Assembly (NCBI RefSeq): GCF_964213995.1
Contig: NC_135808.1
Coordinates: forward strand, 57,226,001 to 57,290,000
Length of the DNA stretch: 64,000 nt
Direction: 5' to 3'
DNA from: Mustelus asterias
Lineage: Eukaryota
This document shows positions 38,566 to 51,874 of this stretch, in pieces. Both the position numbers and the translations under genes were made by a program. Under the pieces are notes generated by a model, which was given only the letters and a program-made list of their open reading frames with translations, was not told where the DNA came from and made no database searches. Position 1 is the stretch's first letter. Every line of letters begins with the position of its first letter.

Positions 38566-39397
38566 ACTGTCGCCATCGGTTATGGGGTGTGTGTGTGTAG
38601 GTCACTCAGAGGCCTTATTTTCCCTTCATGTCGGGTCGCCCCTTGCTCCGAGGGGATGTACTGGCTGCCATAGCGGCATGGACAAGTTGGGCCAAAGGGC
38701 CTACTTCCATACTGTAAGCCACTATGACTCTAATATATAACTATTAAAATTTGTGTATTAATATATCATATGTGTTTTAAAGCACATTATTGGAGATGTC
38801 AGCCAAACTCTCCATATTTTCTGGTGACAGAAGACTGGCTGAAGCTCTTCTCCCCCCACCCAGGCAGGCCCATTGTAATTCCCCTCTTCCTAAATCCTTG
38901 CCCCCACATTCAGTCAACAGCCCCTCTCGTCTTCCCTGCTACTAGTACCTGTGAAGCAGAGTCCTCCTCCTGGAGTAAGGAAGAGACAGACAGACAGAGA
39001 GCAGCCAAAATACAGCAAAGTTTGAAGCCACCACTTGCCTTCCTGGCTGAAGATGCATGACCTCCCAGTGTTTCCCTCCTTCCCTCAGTCAGTAACTGAG
39101 CTATACTTGCAAGCTTCTAGTTGCACCAGGTTGGTACAAACATCCTGGGCCACTTGAACTCCCTGCAAGAAGTGTTTTCTGAAGTTAAAGAGCACTTTGG
39201 TCTCACTGTCTGCCCCATACTGTTTGGAATTGACCCAGTGGGTCCTGGGCTGTCCCATCAGCCTCCAGACTGGATCATATGCCCTCCGCAGCCATTATTG
39301 CTGCTTGGAAGAGGAATAGCTCGTGACCCTAGTTGTGACCCTTGGGACACCATTTTGGGACGTGACTCTCAGTTTGGGAATCCCTCCATGAGATAAA

Positions 39398-40880
39398 AAC
39401 ATAGAAAATAGGAACAGGAGTAGGCCATTTGGCCTGCTCCACCATTCAGTATGATCATGGCTGATCATCCAACTCAATAGCCAATCCCCCCAACACCCCC
39501 TCAATATCGTTTGATCCCTTTAGCCCCAAGAGCTATATCTAACTCCTTCTTGAAAACATACACTATAGCCTTAACTGCTTTTCGTGGAAATGAATTCCAC
39601 AGGCTTACCATTCTCTGGTGAAGAAATTTCTCCTCCTCTCCGTCCGAAGAGGTTTCCCCCTTCTCCTTAGACTATGACTGCTGGTTCTGGACTCCCCTAC
39701 CATCGGGAACATTCTTCCTCCTGTTATTTTATATGTTTCAATGACATTCCCCTTCATTCTTCTGAACTCCAACTCCCTGACTGACTCTTAACTGTCCTCG
39801 GGCAACTGGGGATGGAGGGATGGGCAATAAATGCTGTCCAGCCAATGATGCCCATGTCCCATGAATGAATTTTTAAAAAATGACTCAATCTTTCATAATT
39901 TAGTTCTGCCATCCCAGGAATCAGTAGGGTAAACCTTTTCTGCACTCCTTCTATTGCAAGAACATCCTTCCTCATATAAGGAGACCAAAACTGCACACAG
40001 TATTCCAGGTGTAACCTCATCAAGGTCCTGTATAATTGGAGGAAGCCATCCCTGCTCTTGAACACACATCCTCTCACTATGAAGGCCAACGTACCATTTG
40101 CTGCCTTTACCACCTGCTGCACCTGCATGCTTACTTTCAGTGACGGGTGTACGAGGACACCCAGACCTCCCTGCACATTCCCCCACCCCCAAATTATAGC
40201 CATTCAGATAATCTGCCTTCCTGTTTTTTGCTACCAAAGTGAATAACCTCATATTTATCCACATATACTGTGCCTAGCATGTCCAAATCACACTGAAGGA
40301 TCCCTGTCTCCTCCTCACAGCTCACCCTCCCCCCAGCTTTGTGTTATCTGCAAATTTGGAGATATTGCATTTAGTTCCCTCATCTAAATCATTAATATAT
40401 ATTGTGAATAGCTGAGGTCCTAGCACTGATCCCTGCAGTACCCCACTAGTCACTTCCTACCATTTGGAAAAAGACCGGTTTATTCTGACTCTGTTTCATG
40501 TCTGCCAACATCAATCCAACTCAAACTATCCCCAATCCCACGTGCTTTAATTTTGCATGCTAATCTCTTATGCGCGACTTCGTTGAAAGCCTTTTGAAAG
40601 TCCTAATAAACACCATTTTATTGGCTCTCCATCAACGCTACTAGTTACATCCTCGAAGAACTCCAGTAGATTTGTCAAGTATGATTTTCATTTTGTAAAT
40701 CCATGCTGACCCTGTCCGATTCTGCCACTGTTAGCCAAGTGTTCTGCTATAAAATCCTTGATAATGGACTCTAGAATTTTCCCCACTTCCGACTTCAGGC
40801 TGACTGGTCTATAATTCCCTGTTTTCTCTCCACCTCCTTTTTTAAATAGTGCGTTTACATTAGCTACCCTCTGATCTGCA
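39398..40880 (-). mobile_element. CR1 LINE fragment (RT + 3' UTR), frameshifted
   Basis: LGVLVHPSLKVSMQVQQVVKAAN...LQLYRTLMRLHLEYCVQFWSPY; NYRPVS-type motif at ~40800-40820. Confidence 0.9.
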
Positions 40881-43029
40881 GTGCATCAAACTTGTTTATC
40901 TTTATTTGTGCCAGTCATTCATCTATTATACATTCTTTGCGCATTTAGATATGGCACCTCTAATATAATGTTTTTCTAAAGTTCTTTTTATCATTTGTCC
41001 ATGAGTTGTGGACATTGGTGGTAAGACCAGCATTTATTGCCTTGAGAAGTATTGCCGTTGTTAAAATCTGTGCCTTCTTGATGTCATCTGGTTGATTTAA
41101 CCCAGATTACTGCTTTGCTCTACTGCTTTGATTTTTCTCTCGAGCTTTAAGAGTTTACCCTTACCTCACCCTTCCCCTCCCTTACTGTTTAAAGCCTTAC
41201 TACTATCCTAGTTATTTAGTTTGCCAGTGCACTGGTCTTGGAGTGGTGTATGTGCAGTTTGTCCCTCTTTCCCCAGTACTGGTGCCAATGCTTGCCACTT
41301 CATTTTTTTTCAGCAATGTATTTAAACCTCTAACCTGTTTGTGCCTCTGCCAATTTTTGCACAGCTCGGGTAGTTATCCACAAATTATCTTTTTGAAGTT
41401 CTGCTCTTTACTTTGTACCTAAGCTTCTAAAACCACCTCGGCAAAACCTCAATCCTTGTTCTAACTTTGCCATTGCTTCCCATGTGGAAGCAACTGGATC
41501 CTCCTCCTCGATTGTCACCAGCATGAGGTGACATCCTTAATCCTGACAAAAGGCAATCAGCATGGCCTTCAGGACTCTGGGTGACTGCGGAGAACAGCAC
41601 CCAGCTACCCAACTATACTGTTCCTAACATTGCCGGACCCCATTTCACTCCCCCACTGCAATGGCCTCATTAACACCATTCACAACTATCTTGTCAGTCA
41701 ACAGCAAAGGCTGAGTCTCCTCTGCCACCACATCTGTGGTTCCTTTCCCTGTCTGAGTCACAGCCACGTCCTCCTGCTCCTGACTGCTAATCATGACCTG
41801 ATCTAAGGAGTCTGACTGCCTCCTGGATCAAAATGCCCAGATAGCGCTTTCCCTCCCGGATGCACTTTAATGTATTTTTATGTTTGTGGGATGAGAGTGC
41901 TGCTGGCTTGGTCAACATTTATTGCGCATTCCTAATTTCCCTCGAAGATGGTGGTGAGCTTCCTTCCTGAACCACTGCAGTCAGTGTAGTGTAGGAACAC
42001 CCACAGTGTTATCCTCAATAACTCTGAGCTGAAGTTTCTTAAGTTGCAGACTCTTTACTGCTTGGGATCGCACTACTCTCAACCAACTCCAAAGTTTCAG
42101 ACGCAGCCCAACTCCTCCACTGCCATCTCTAGCTAACCTGTTTTATATATTTAATTAACTATATAGTTTTATGTATTTAATTCACTTGGTTTGTTTTAGT
42201 TCCTTTATACTAATTACTTTAACCAGTTTAAATTCCTAACTGTAGTTTCCTAGTTTTAAACACTGACTGCCTTGAGCTTACAAAAACCACAATGGCCTCA
42301 TTAACACAATGTTAAAGGTAAAAGGAGCACCTCCTGCCCCCTCTGCTCTGAACCCTGTGTGGCTGCATAATTAATTACACTGTGTGCATGTTTCAAATTG
42401 ATGAACTGTGGGTGAGATTAGAGATCAGGAGGAGCATTATAGTGCGAAATGGGAATGGTTGTATTTGGGCTGTGGAAGGAGCCCATGGGACCCTATTGCA
42501 ACCCAGACTTGCGTGTATTCTTGGGCGTATGTGTGAGGACAGCAATATGATCAGTAGACAGGAAGGGAGGTACAGGGAGGGGAATTCCAGAGCTGGGGCC
42601 TAGACAACAACATTGCTATTCCAATGGTTAAAATTATAATTTGGAATGCCCAAGAAACAGGAATTCGAGAGGGTTGTGGAGTTGGAGGAGATTACAGAGA
42701 TAGGGAGGGACAAGGTCATGGCGAGTTTAGAAAGGGGTGAGAATTTTAAAATCAAGGCTGATAAATGTTTGGAGTAGTGGAGATAAACGTATTGGATTAA
42801 CTCCAGATAATGCTGAATTCCTTGACGCAAGAGTTGAGGGCTTGGACTGGTGAACATTGATGGGCCGAATGGCAATTTCTTGCATTTGAATTTTAGGAAC
42901 AGCAGGAAGGCCATTCAGTCCCTCGAGCTCATTCTGCCATTCAATTAGTTCATGGCTGATTTGCACCACAGCTCTCACAATCTCCTTTCCCAGTGTTGCT
43001 CTTTTTTTTTCTCTCTGGATGTTATGCAG

Positions 43030-43243
43030 GTGGGAGACCAGCAGGTGGAGTGAGTGTTCCCGGACCTGTGGGGAAGGATATCAATTCAGGACGGTGCGGT
43101 GCTGGAAAATGATCGCCCCTGGTTTCGACAGCTCTGTTTATGATGAACTGTGTGAAGCGGCCGAGCTGACCAGACCTGTGGAGCGAAAACTCTGCAAAAA
43201 CAAAGGGTGCGGTCCACAGTGGGAAGTGTCAGAATGGTCGGAG
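43030..43243 (+). CDS. ADAMTSL2: ADAMTSL2-like exon H: TSR
   Basis: poly-pyrimidine tract, atgcag|G...GAG|gtaatc; [71 protein letters not shown]. Confidence 0.96.
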
Positions 43244-44458
43244 GTAATCCATTTTTGTTTCGGTGAGAAATATCCCCACCAGAGGACATTAAGGGATTTG
43301 TTGTCTTCTGCTCCCTAATTGTAATAAAAGTGAGGTATTTATCCAGTCCATAGAACATAGAACACTTAATATTTCAAACACACCATATAAGTACATGCTT
43401 TTCTCTACTGCTCTGTTAAAGTTAGTGAACAAAGGAACTAATAGCTCTTGGGAATATTAAAGAGTCTTTTGGTCATACAGAACTTCTGAGTGTCGCTGAA
43501 AAAAGACACATCAAAGCTTTTTGTCAGGACATTCACAAGAATGCCTGTTGTAAAGGGAAATTTATACTTCATGAGAAGAGAATGCTGGGGGGTGCTGGCA
43601 AATCGAGTCTGATTGGTTTGCCATGAAAAATGCACTGGTTAACTGATGACCGTTGACCGCCAAGCCGTGTTTAAATTCAAACCAGGCAGCTCTGGCCAAA
43701 GGGAATGAACCAGAGAATTGTTCTTCCCTTGACAGATGCCATTCTTGTGAATGTCCTGATGAGTGCAAAATGAAAATGTGTTTTTTCAGTGATACTCAAA
43801 AATATTAAATGTTAATTCTTGAACATGGGCATCACCACCAAAACTGACATTTTCCATCATTTATGACGATATATATTTAATGGCGTAGTTCTAAAGAGGG
43901 ACAGAGGGACCTGACCTCGGGGGGGTTTGCGTGCATAGGTCTTTAAAGTTTATTTATTAGTCACAAGTAGATTTACATTTACTGTGAAAATCCCCTAGTC
44001 GCCACACTCCGGCGCCTGTTTGGTTTACAACAGGTTGACCCAAACGTGACCCTGTCGTGGGGATCCCTCCGGGGAATAGCCCCCAGGGGAGAGGGCCATG
44101 GCCAGGCAGTGCCCTGGCACAGACCCAGACACAGGTTGGCACTGTGGCAGAGCCAACCATTGCCAGGGCGACCTGTAGGAAGACTCGTGTGCGGGGACTC
44201 ATTTATTTGTGGTGGTTTGGGCTCCAATGTCGGCGATGACAGTTTGGGTGGGGAGAAGAGGCCAGATGTTGGCGACGACTGTTTGTGGGGTAGGGGTACT
44301 TGAGATCTCTTGGGGGGGGGGGGGGAGGTTATTTTTTAGTCTGGTTCGGGTGCTGGTGTGTTGGGCCTTGCCGCTCAACATGACAGCGTGAAACACACCC
44401 CTTGTTTTTTTGACAAAGTGCCATACGATCTGGCGAGAAAACCTGCCTGTTCCGCTAA

Positions 44459-44613
44459 TCATCGAATCCCTACAGTGCAGAAGGAGGCCATTCGGCCCAT
44501 CGAGTCTGAACCACCCACAATCCCACCCAGGTCCTATTCCTGTAACCCCACAAATTTACCCTGCTAATCCCCTAACACTAGGGTCAATTTAGCATAGCCA
44601 ATCAACCTAACCT
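44459..44613 (-). mobile_element. HE1 SINE 3' fragment
   Basis: tail homology (cctacagtgcagaaggaggccattcggcccatcgagtctg). Confidence 0.8.
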
Positions 44614-45972
44614 AATCCTCTGGTGAGAAACACGCTGGTTTTCAGTCAGATCTTGACATTGCCATTTTTTTGCTAAGATTCTGCCCGTATTCTCAGTATA
44701 GCCATTGCTCACCAGCCAATGAGTCTCTTGGACAATTTCCGATTGCCTAAAGAGGTCATAGAGAAATGATGACAGATTTCCTCCTTCCTGGTTAATATTA
44801 GTCTGGGTATTCTTATGTTTTCCTGGGAGGTGACTTGGCTCTTGGTGGGTCAGGTGGTTCATGTCAGGATACCTAATGGATCACATGAATGGATGAAAAA
44901 TGACAGGTCCGTCAAGACTGTTCCACACAGTTGTAATATCTTGTACATCACAATATGTACATTCCCCATTCAACCAGAAGCCATGTCAAATCCAGGGATG
45001 AAAATGTAACCAGTCAGGAGGGAAGAGCGATCTGGGAAATTTACAACTATATGGGACAGGCTGATGGGCTGATTGTGGTCTTTTACCTGTATTGTAAGTT
45101 CACAATGAGTGTGGAGGTTGATGGTAGTTGTAAACATGCTGTTCAGCCTGATCCTCTGCCATCTGGTGTACTCACCCGGACACAGTCCCATAGGGTGAAT
45201 TCCCCCTCCTTTTCTCTGGGTTTGCTGAGTGCCCGTCCCCCACCATGAACCAGGACTATTCAGACCAGAGAAATTGACCTTTGACCTTCCTTCTCATTTG
45301 TAGAGCTGTGTACTCTTGGGAGGAAGTTATTTTGTTAAAAGGTAGTGAGCTGAAGATATACTTTTCTGTGGAACTTTTGAGGTAATCTCTTTCCTCTGTC
45401 TGTTTTCACTTGTCTATAACCCTTCTTGAGGTTCTCGAATGCTCACATACCAATCACCAGCCAGGAAAGCAGTGACAGCCCAGGAATGTGAATGCCCCTG
45501 AGTTGAAGTCTATTTCCCCCTTTAAATCAGGAATGCTGCCCACAGCCCCTTCCTCCAGTCTGTGACACCATTAGCCAGGGTGTTCTGTACAAAATGTCAA
45601 CCCTCAGACTGTCTGTGAGTGACTGCAAACAACAACAAAGCACTGGAGACACAGGAAGGAAGGAGAGATGCAAGGCAGTGTGTGGGTATCTCCTTTTAGA
45701 GCTAAAGGTTAGTGGACAGGTACAAACCGTAATCAGAAAGATAAGTAGAATTTGGCCTCAAGACAAGGGGACTGGAATACAAAAGATAGGAAAGTATGTT
45801 GCCATGTACAGAGCTCTGGAGGACTGCATCTCTTGTGTGCTTCAAGAGGTATTGACATCTGAGGAGATGCAGTGCAGATCCAACAGAAGCATACCAGGGC
45901 TCGGGATTAAATTGAGGGCAATGTGTCTTGTATTCTCTTGATTTATAGAAGACTTGAGAGATGATTGGATTG

Positions 45973-46142
45973 CAGTCCAAAGATGTGCGGGTTAGGTTGA
46001 TTGGCCATGGTAAATGCCCCATAGTGTCAGGGGGACCTGCAGGGTAAATACATGGGGTTAAGGGGATATGGCCTGGGTGGGATTGTGGTTGGGTGCAGAC
46101 TCGATGGGCCGAATGGCCTCCTTCTGCACTGTAGGGATTCTG
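45973..46142 (+). mobile_element. HE1 SINE 3' fragment
   Basis: cagtccaaagatgtgcgggttaggttgattggcc...cactgtagggattct. Confidence 0.8.
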
Positions 46143-46753
46143 AGGTGTTGAGACCAATAAAGGGATTTGAAAGGGTAAATGCAGAGAAACTATGAAGGAC
46201 CAGCGAGAATTTTGAAGTTATTGGTCGCTCATTCAGGAGTGATGCCAAGATGCGCTTTTTCACATGCAGAGCGGTAATCGGGAACCCTGTCCGGGGGGAA
46301 CTGGAATTATAATGAAATTGAATACATGATAAATTTAAATGAGGAAAGATGGGACGAAGTTCGAGTGGAGCCACCAGCATGGACTGGTTGGGAAAAGGCC
46401 TATTTCCGAGCCGTATATCCTGCATAATGTTTAGAAATTTCCAGATCGAGGGGTAGATTTTGTTAGGTGAGGATTCATGGGGATATGGAGCAAAAGCTGG
46501 CAAGGGGATTTGACATACAGATCAGTGATGATTTCAGTGAATGACAGAACAGCTTGAGCGGCTGAATTTACTGTTGCTGTTTCTATGTTCCCAGTGCAAT
46601 GCTCCTTAAATTCCACATTTTATGGGTTGAAGGGTCTTCATATTTATGCAGGTCTCAGTCCTGACCAGGTATATCGATCCTCCGCTCACGATAGATGGAA
46701 TGATCTCAACGTGGAACCCACCCAGCTAATAACATTCTTTCTTTTGCACTTAG

Positions 46754-46909
46754 TGTTCAGCCCGCTGTGGCACCAGGGGCATCATGAGACGTGAGGTCCG
46801 CTGCTCAGTGGAACCTCGCCTGTGTGATGAGTACACCAAGCCAAGCAACAAGAAGGAATGCATGGGTCCTCCATGTGACCGTCGCTGGACTGCATCAGAC
46901 TGGGGACCA
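46754..46909 (+). CDS. ADAMTSL2: ADAMTSL2-like exon I: TSR
   Basis: gcacttag|TGT...CCA|gtaagt; CSARCGTRGIMRREVRCSVEPRLCDEYTKPSNKKECMGPPCDRRWTASDWGP. Confidence 0.95.
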
Positions 46910-47149
46910 GTAAGTACTGCACTCATTTTGCCGGTCTAATGTATCCCGAGGAACTCCAGAATTAACCTTCTGTGCTGTTTGCCACCCACAGAATAGACCA
47001 TCAACACAGACTGTCTAATAAAGACCCAGCACTCCATATACATTAACACATGGGGACAAGCACACCCCACACAAATGAATTTCGATTGTTCAGCACTCTT
47101 GGTGTAGTCTTCCAAATGTGGAATAGGAGACAAATCTTAGTTACGGCAT

Positions 47150-49935
47150 TCACCTGTAACCCACACACGGTCTCCAAGTTCCATCTGACTTGGGCACCAG
47201 GACGATAGGACTCCAGTCACTAGAACTTAATTCAGTGAGATCATTTTGGAGCATGTACTCCATTTCCTTTTATACTTGCAATAACTTAGCTGGACCTAAC
47301 CTATATGGATGTTGTTTGATTGGAACGGTGTCCCCCACATCTGCGCCATGCGCCACTAGCTCCATTTTACCTAGTTTATCCCTGCATATACATTTATAGG
47401 TCTGCAGTAATTCTGTCAGTTTGCTCTGGCTTTTATCTGAGGGATGATGTATCCACTGGTTTAAATTTCCCAGTACTTCCTCATTGCCCAAATGAATTTT
47501 AGGGCAGTCACTATTACAATTTTCTCCCTGGTCTTCCCCCTACTTTGTGACTATCAAGGCCTCATGCTTGTTCTCATGTACACAGTCACATTTGGGAATG
47601 CTTTTGAGTTCTAGTGCTGGGTCCGCAGTCTAATAGGGTTGTTTTAATCTTGAGCCACCCTGCTGTAATTCAACTAAGGTCTTGAAATCGAAGCCATCAT
47701 TCTCACTCTCTACATCTGTCTCATTCTCAGTTAACCTGCTAAAGATGGTATCAGATAACCTGATCCCCTTTGCCTCGCCCTGGGCTCGCAACTCCTCCCT
47801 CTTTTGTCTTAGCTGCTGAACCTGTGATCACGTCACTACACCATCTTAAAAAAACCCAGGATGGTCTGTTTGTAATTATTCTGTGGCTGGATTTTCTACC
47901 AGCTGCTCGACCACAGTAGGCATCATGACGATCTGTCATCCTGCTATATCATTCCCTAGAATGAATTGAATGCCTGCAATGGGTAGGGTTTCAACCATGC
48001 CTATCACTACTTCTCCCGTCTCCAAGCTACTCTCTAAGCTTACTTTTATTAAAGGGATTTCTTTTGTTTCTCCTTGAATTCTGTGAATTAACTAACACCT
48101 TCTCCAGCAACATCCCTTCTGGGCAACAAATATCTCTATCCCACAACATTGGAGATCGACTCGCATCAATATCTCATTACATTTTAAGAAGTCTCACAAC
48201 ACCGGGTTAAAGTCCAACAGGTTTATTTGGAATCACAAGCTTTCGGAGCACTGCTCCTTCATTAGCAGCGTTCCGAAAGCTCGTGATTCAAAATAGACTT
48301 GTTGGACTTTAATCGGGTGTTGTGAGACTTCTTACTGTGCCCACTCCAGTCCAACGCCATCATCTCCACATCATTATATTTTACCATTCCAAACTGCCCA
48401 CATGGAAATATTTACCTTTACACACACAATCTTTGAGTATATCTGCCACCTGCTGGTCATTCTGCCCCTGTGCAAGTGGTGCGCACATTTTCATCCCCTT
48501 TGTCGCGTGTGTACCAATCCAACTGGCTTCTTTGGTTCCCCAGCTTTTAACTTTCCTTTGTCCTGTATATGATTGATAATCCCGACTGGATGACCATTTA
48601 GTGTCCAGCATAATGATTTGGTGTGGCTCAGTTTGTTTGAATGAAAACACCTGGCTTTTATCTCTCACTCCTCCAACAGACTCGGGTTTATTTTGAGGGG
48701 GATTCTCCTTGGAGCTTCCTATCACTCCCTCTCTTGCTAGCCTGCCCCGCCTCGCACCTTCCAAGTTTCTAGTTTCCTCTGATCGAAAGATGGGTCTAAA
48801 GAAAAGCTTTGGTCTGGGAACCAACTCCTAATTGTTCGCAAGCTCTGCAGCTTGTCTGGCCGTTCTAACATTTTGTTCTCGACGTGCGTTCTAATCATGG
48901 CAGGCAGCGAATCTTTAAACTCTGCCAGCAAAATGATCTCTCTAAGTGCTCCATAGCTTTCAGCTATCACATCCATTTATCAAACTGACTTTGTTTGACC
49001 CTTTCAAATTCAAGGTACGTTTACCCAATCTGTTTTCTTATAGCTCTAAACTGTAAGCCTTTGATACCAGCTCATAAGCACACATTAAAGTGTTCTTCAC
49101 TGCCTCAGTCTCCAGACCTTTCCTCAGTCAGAGACACATATACCTCACTAGCCCTACCTACAAATTTAGCTATCGAAAGAGCTACCTCACTAGCCCTACC
49201 TACAAATTTAGCCTGTGTGGTCAGGGTCCAAATGTCTTGTGGCAATCACATCGGCCTAGCTATTTTCTCAAAACACACAAAGTCTTGATTTCTTTTGCAT
49301 TGAATTTTGGGAGAGCTTGTACATATCTGAACATTTCCCCACAGGCTTCCTGCCTTGAACCACTTTCTTCCTCATTCAGCTCTGTACCTGCTGCCATTTG
49401 TCGCAGTTTAATTTCATGCTCCCTCTCTTTCTCCCTCCCTTCCATTACAAATCTCTCTTTGGCTCTTTCCTCTCTTTCCATCTCTTCTCTTTCCCTCTCT
49501 TTCCTTTTTTCTCTCTCTCTCTTTCCTGCATCACTGACTTAATTGATATGCCTCTTTCTACTTGAAGCTTAGCTAGTTCGATTTCTTCCCTTCTCGAAAT
49601 ATTGGGTCTGGCTAACCCCTCTTGTATATTTAAATGGGTTGCTAGACTTTCAAATATCTCCGCTTTCTAAGCTAGTGTAAATGAAGCCGTTTCCAATTTA
49701 TTTGCCAATTCCATCAATTTAATTTTTGGCACACTTTTTAAACTTGCTACGGTTACATTATCTACTTCCAGCTAAGATCGAACTACCTCCAAAGCCATTT
49801 TGCAACCCTGTTATTTTAAATAACACATTCTCACTTGTTTACACATGGTCATTACTCTCATTCGGTGCAAAGTCAAAAATCCCCTACATCTAAGGAATTT
49901 AAGCTTTTTAGTATCCCAGACTCGAGCCCCTAATT
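47150..49935 (-). mobile_element. decayed Gypsy/Ty3 LTR retrotransposon internal region (Gmr1-like, SCAN-type gag)
   Basis: coiled-coil gag EREKEREHEIKL...LPKFN; SCAN-like LREIILLAEFKDSLP..IRTHV; pol-like H..DVGD..PIKQHPYR; tRNA-Pro-like PBS at 49913-49932. Confidence 0.75.
48187..48370 (+). mobile_element. palindromic Penelope-derived short element (family 1) with deleted centre, nested in the Gypsy remnant
   Basis: inverted arms; TSD tcatta(c/t)atttta at 48174-48186 and 48371-48383. Confidence 0.85.
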
Positions 49936-50750
49936 TTCTGGGGCGATACCCCTCTGATGTTAACTGCAAAGGTATCCCAACTTGGAAATACTGGTTCATG
50001 GTGGTGTATAGTTTTGTCTACAGGAATGGTGGAAGGAGCCATGTGCAAGACCCAGTGAGAACAGTAACAAGCCCAGTCCTAGTATAACGCTGATTTAAAA
50101 ACTATTTATTACAATAAAGAAAAGACACATTTACACAAACAGGACTATAATGATCTAAGACAGTTGCGTAGAAGAAACTACTAAACTCACCCACAAAGTT
50201 GAGTAGAAATTGCCCTTTTTGTTTCAAAATATGTTTACAAGATCTGAACTCTTTCAGGACTTCTCTCTCCTCAAACAACATCCAATTCAATAGATCTAGA
50301 AGTAAAGGCCAGCTTATAATTACCTCACTGTATACAATTGAATAGTTATTCTGGGAAGAATCTTTTGGTTCAGCAAAGACATGGTTTTAACTGCCTTCAC
50401 AAAGATTTCTGCTTCTGGTCTGCTGGGTTATAGGCTCTCGGGGTGCTAGATGGATCCTGCCTCTCGGGGTGCTAGATCAAATCTGCCTCCTGCTTCCATG
50501 AAAAGGTCACCAATAATACCATTGTTTTGCTTTGAAGATTCTCCCTATTTGCTTCTTCAGCTTCTGTTAGTTCTAAAAGATTAACATGTAAGCCTTCCCT
50601 GGATGGTGCAATCGTATACCCCAAAGTTTTTCCTATTAGCAGAATGATAGATTCTTCTGTTCTGTTTCCAGCTGCTAATCTTGTTGCACACACCCACACT
50701 GATACAGTCAGGGCCGCACACCCCACACTGACAAAACATGAAAACCCAAG

Positions 50751-51288
50751 CCACACTGACATTAACACTCGGGGACACGTACCCCACACTGAGATTAACA
50801 CTCGGGGACATGTACCCCACACTGAGATTAACACTCGGGGACACGTACCCCACACTGAGATTAACACTCGGGGACACGTACCCCACACTGAGATTAACAC
50901 TCGGGGACACATACCCCACACTGAGATTAACACTCGGGGACACATACCCCACACTGAGATTAACACTCGGGGACACGTACCCCACACTGACATTAACACT
51001 CGGGGACACGTACCCCACACTGACATTAACACTCGGGGACACGTACCCCACACTGAGATTAACACTCGGGGACACGTACCCCACACTGACATTAACACTC
51101 GGGGACACGTACCCCACACTGACATTAACACTCGGGGACACGTACCCCACACTGACATTAACACTCGGGGACACGTACCCCACACCGAGATGAATGCTCA
51201 GGGACACGTACCCCACACCGAGATTAACACTCGGGGACACGTACCCCACACTGAGATGAATGCTCAGGGACACGTACCCCACACTGAC
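50751..51288. repeat. minisatellite, 33 bp unit, about 16 copies
   Basis: unit cacactga(g/c)attaacactcggggacacgtaccc (HTEINTRGHVP). Confidence 0.97.
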
Positions 51289-51521
51289 GTTTACATTGCT
51301 ATGCTCTCGCCTCACTCTGTAGTCTCCGGCACTACTGCCCCTCCTGACTCTAAAGAAAGAAGGCACCAGGAGTTCTTGTGTGAGTTTGATTCTAGCCGTG
51401 AACTGACTTGTCTCCATGGTGTGGTTTTTTGTATCGCGTTAGCCTAATGCGCTGTATGTTTTGGTGTTTTGTAGCAGATATTTCAGAATTCACTTTTTTT
51501 CAGATGGACTAGCAGTGTTTG

Positions 51522-51874
51522 CTCGAGTTGGCACACTAACCTTAGTATCTCGAGTTGGCACACTAGCCTTAGTATCTCGAGTTGGCACACTAACCTTAGT
51601 ATCTCGAGTTGGCACACTAACCTTAGTATCTCGAGTTGGCACACTAACCTTAGTATCTCGAGTTGGCACACTAACCTTAGTATCTCGAGTTGGCACACTA
51701 ATCTTAGTATCTCGAGTTGGCACACTAATCTTAGTATCTCGAGTTGGCACACTAATCTTAGTATCTCGAGTTGGCACACTAATCTTAGTATCTCGAGTTG
51801 GCACACTAATCTTAGTATCTCGAGTTGGCACACTAATCTTAGTATCTCGAGTTGGCACACTAACCGTAGTATCT
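51522..51874. repeat. minisatellite, 27 bp unit, 13 copies
   Basis: unit ctcgagttggcacactaa(c/t)cttagtat (SRVGTLTLV). Confidence 0.97.

Noticed and set aside
51522-51874. 27 bp repeat array resembling a CRISPR array
   Set aside because: Units are contiguous with no unique spacers, there are no cas genes, and the context is a vertebrate intron; it is a minisatellite.
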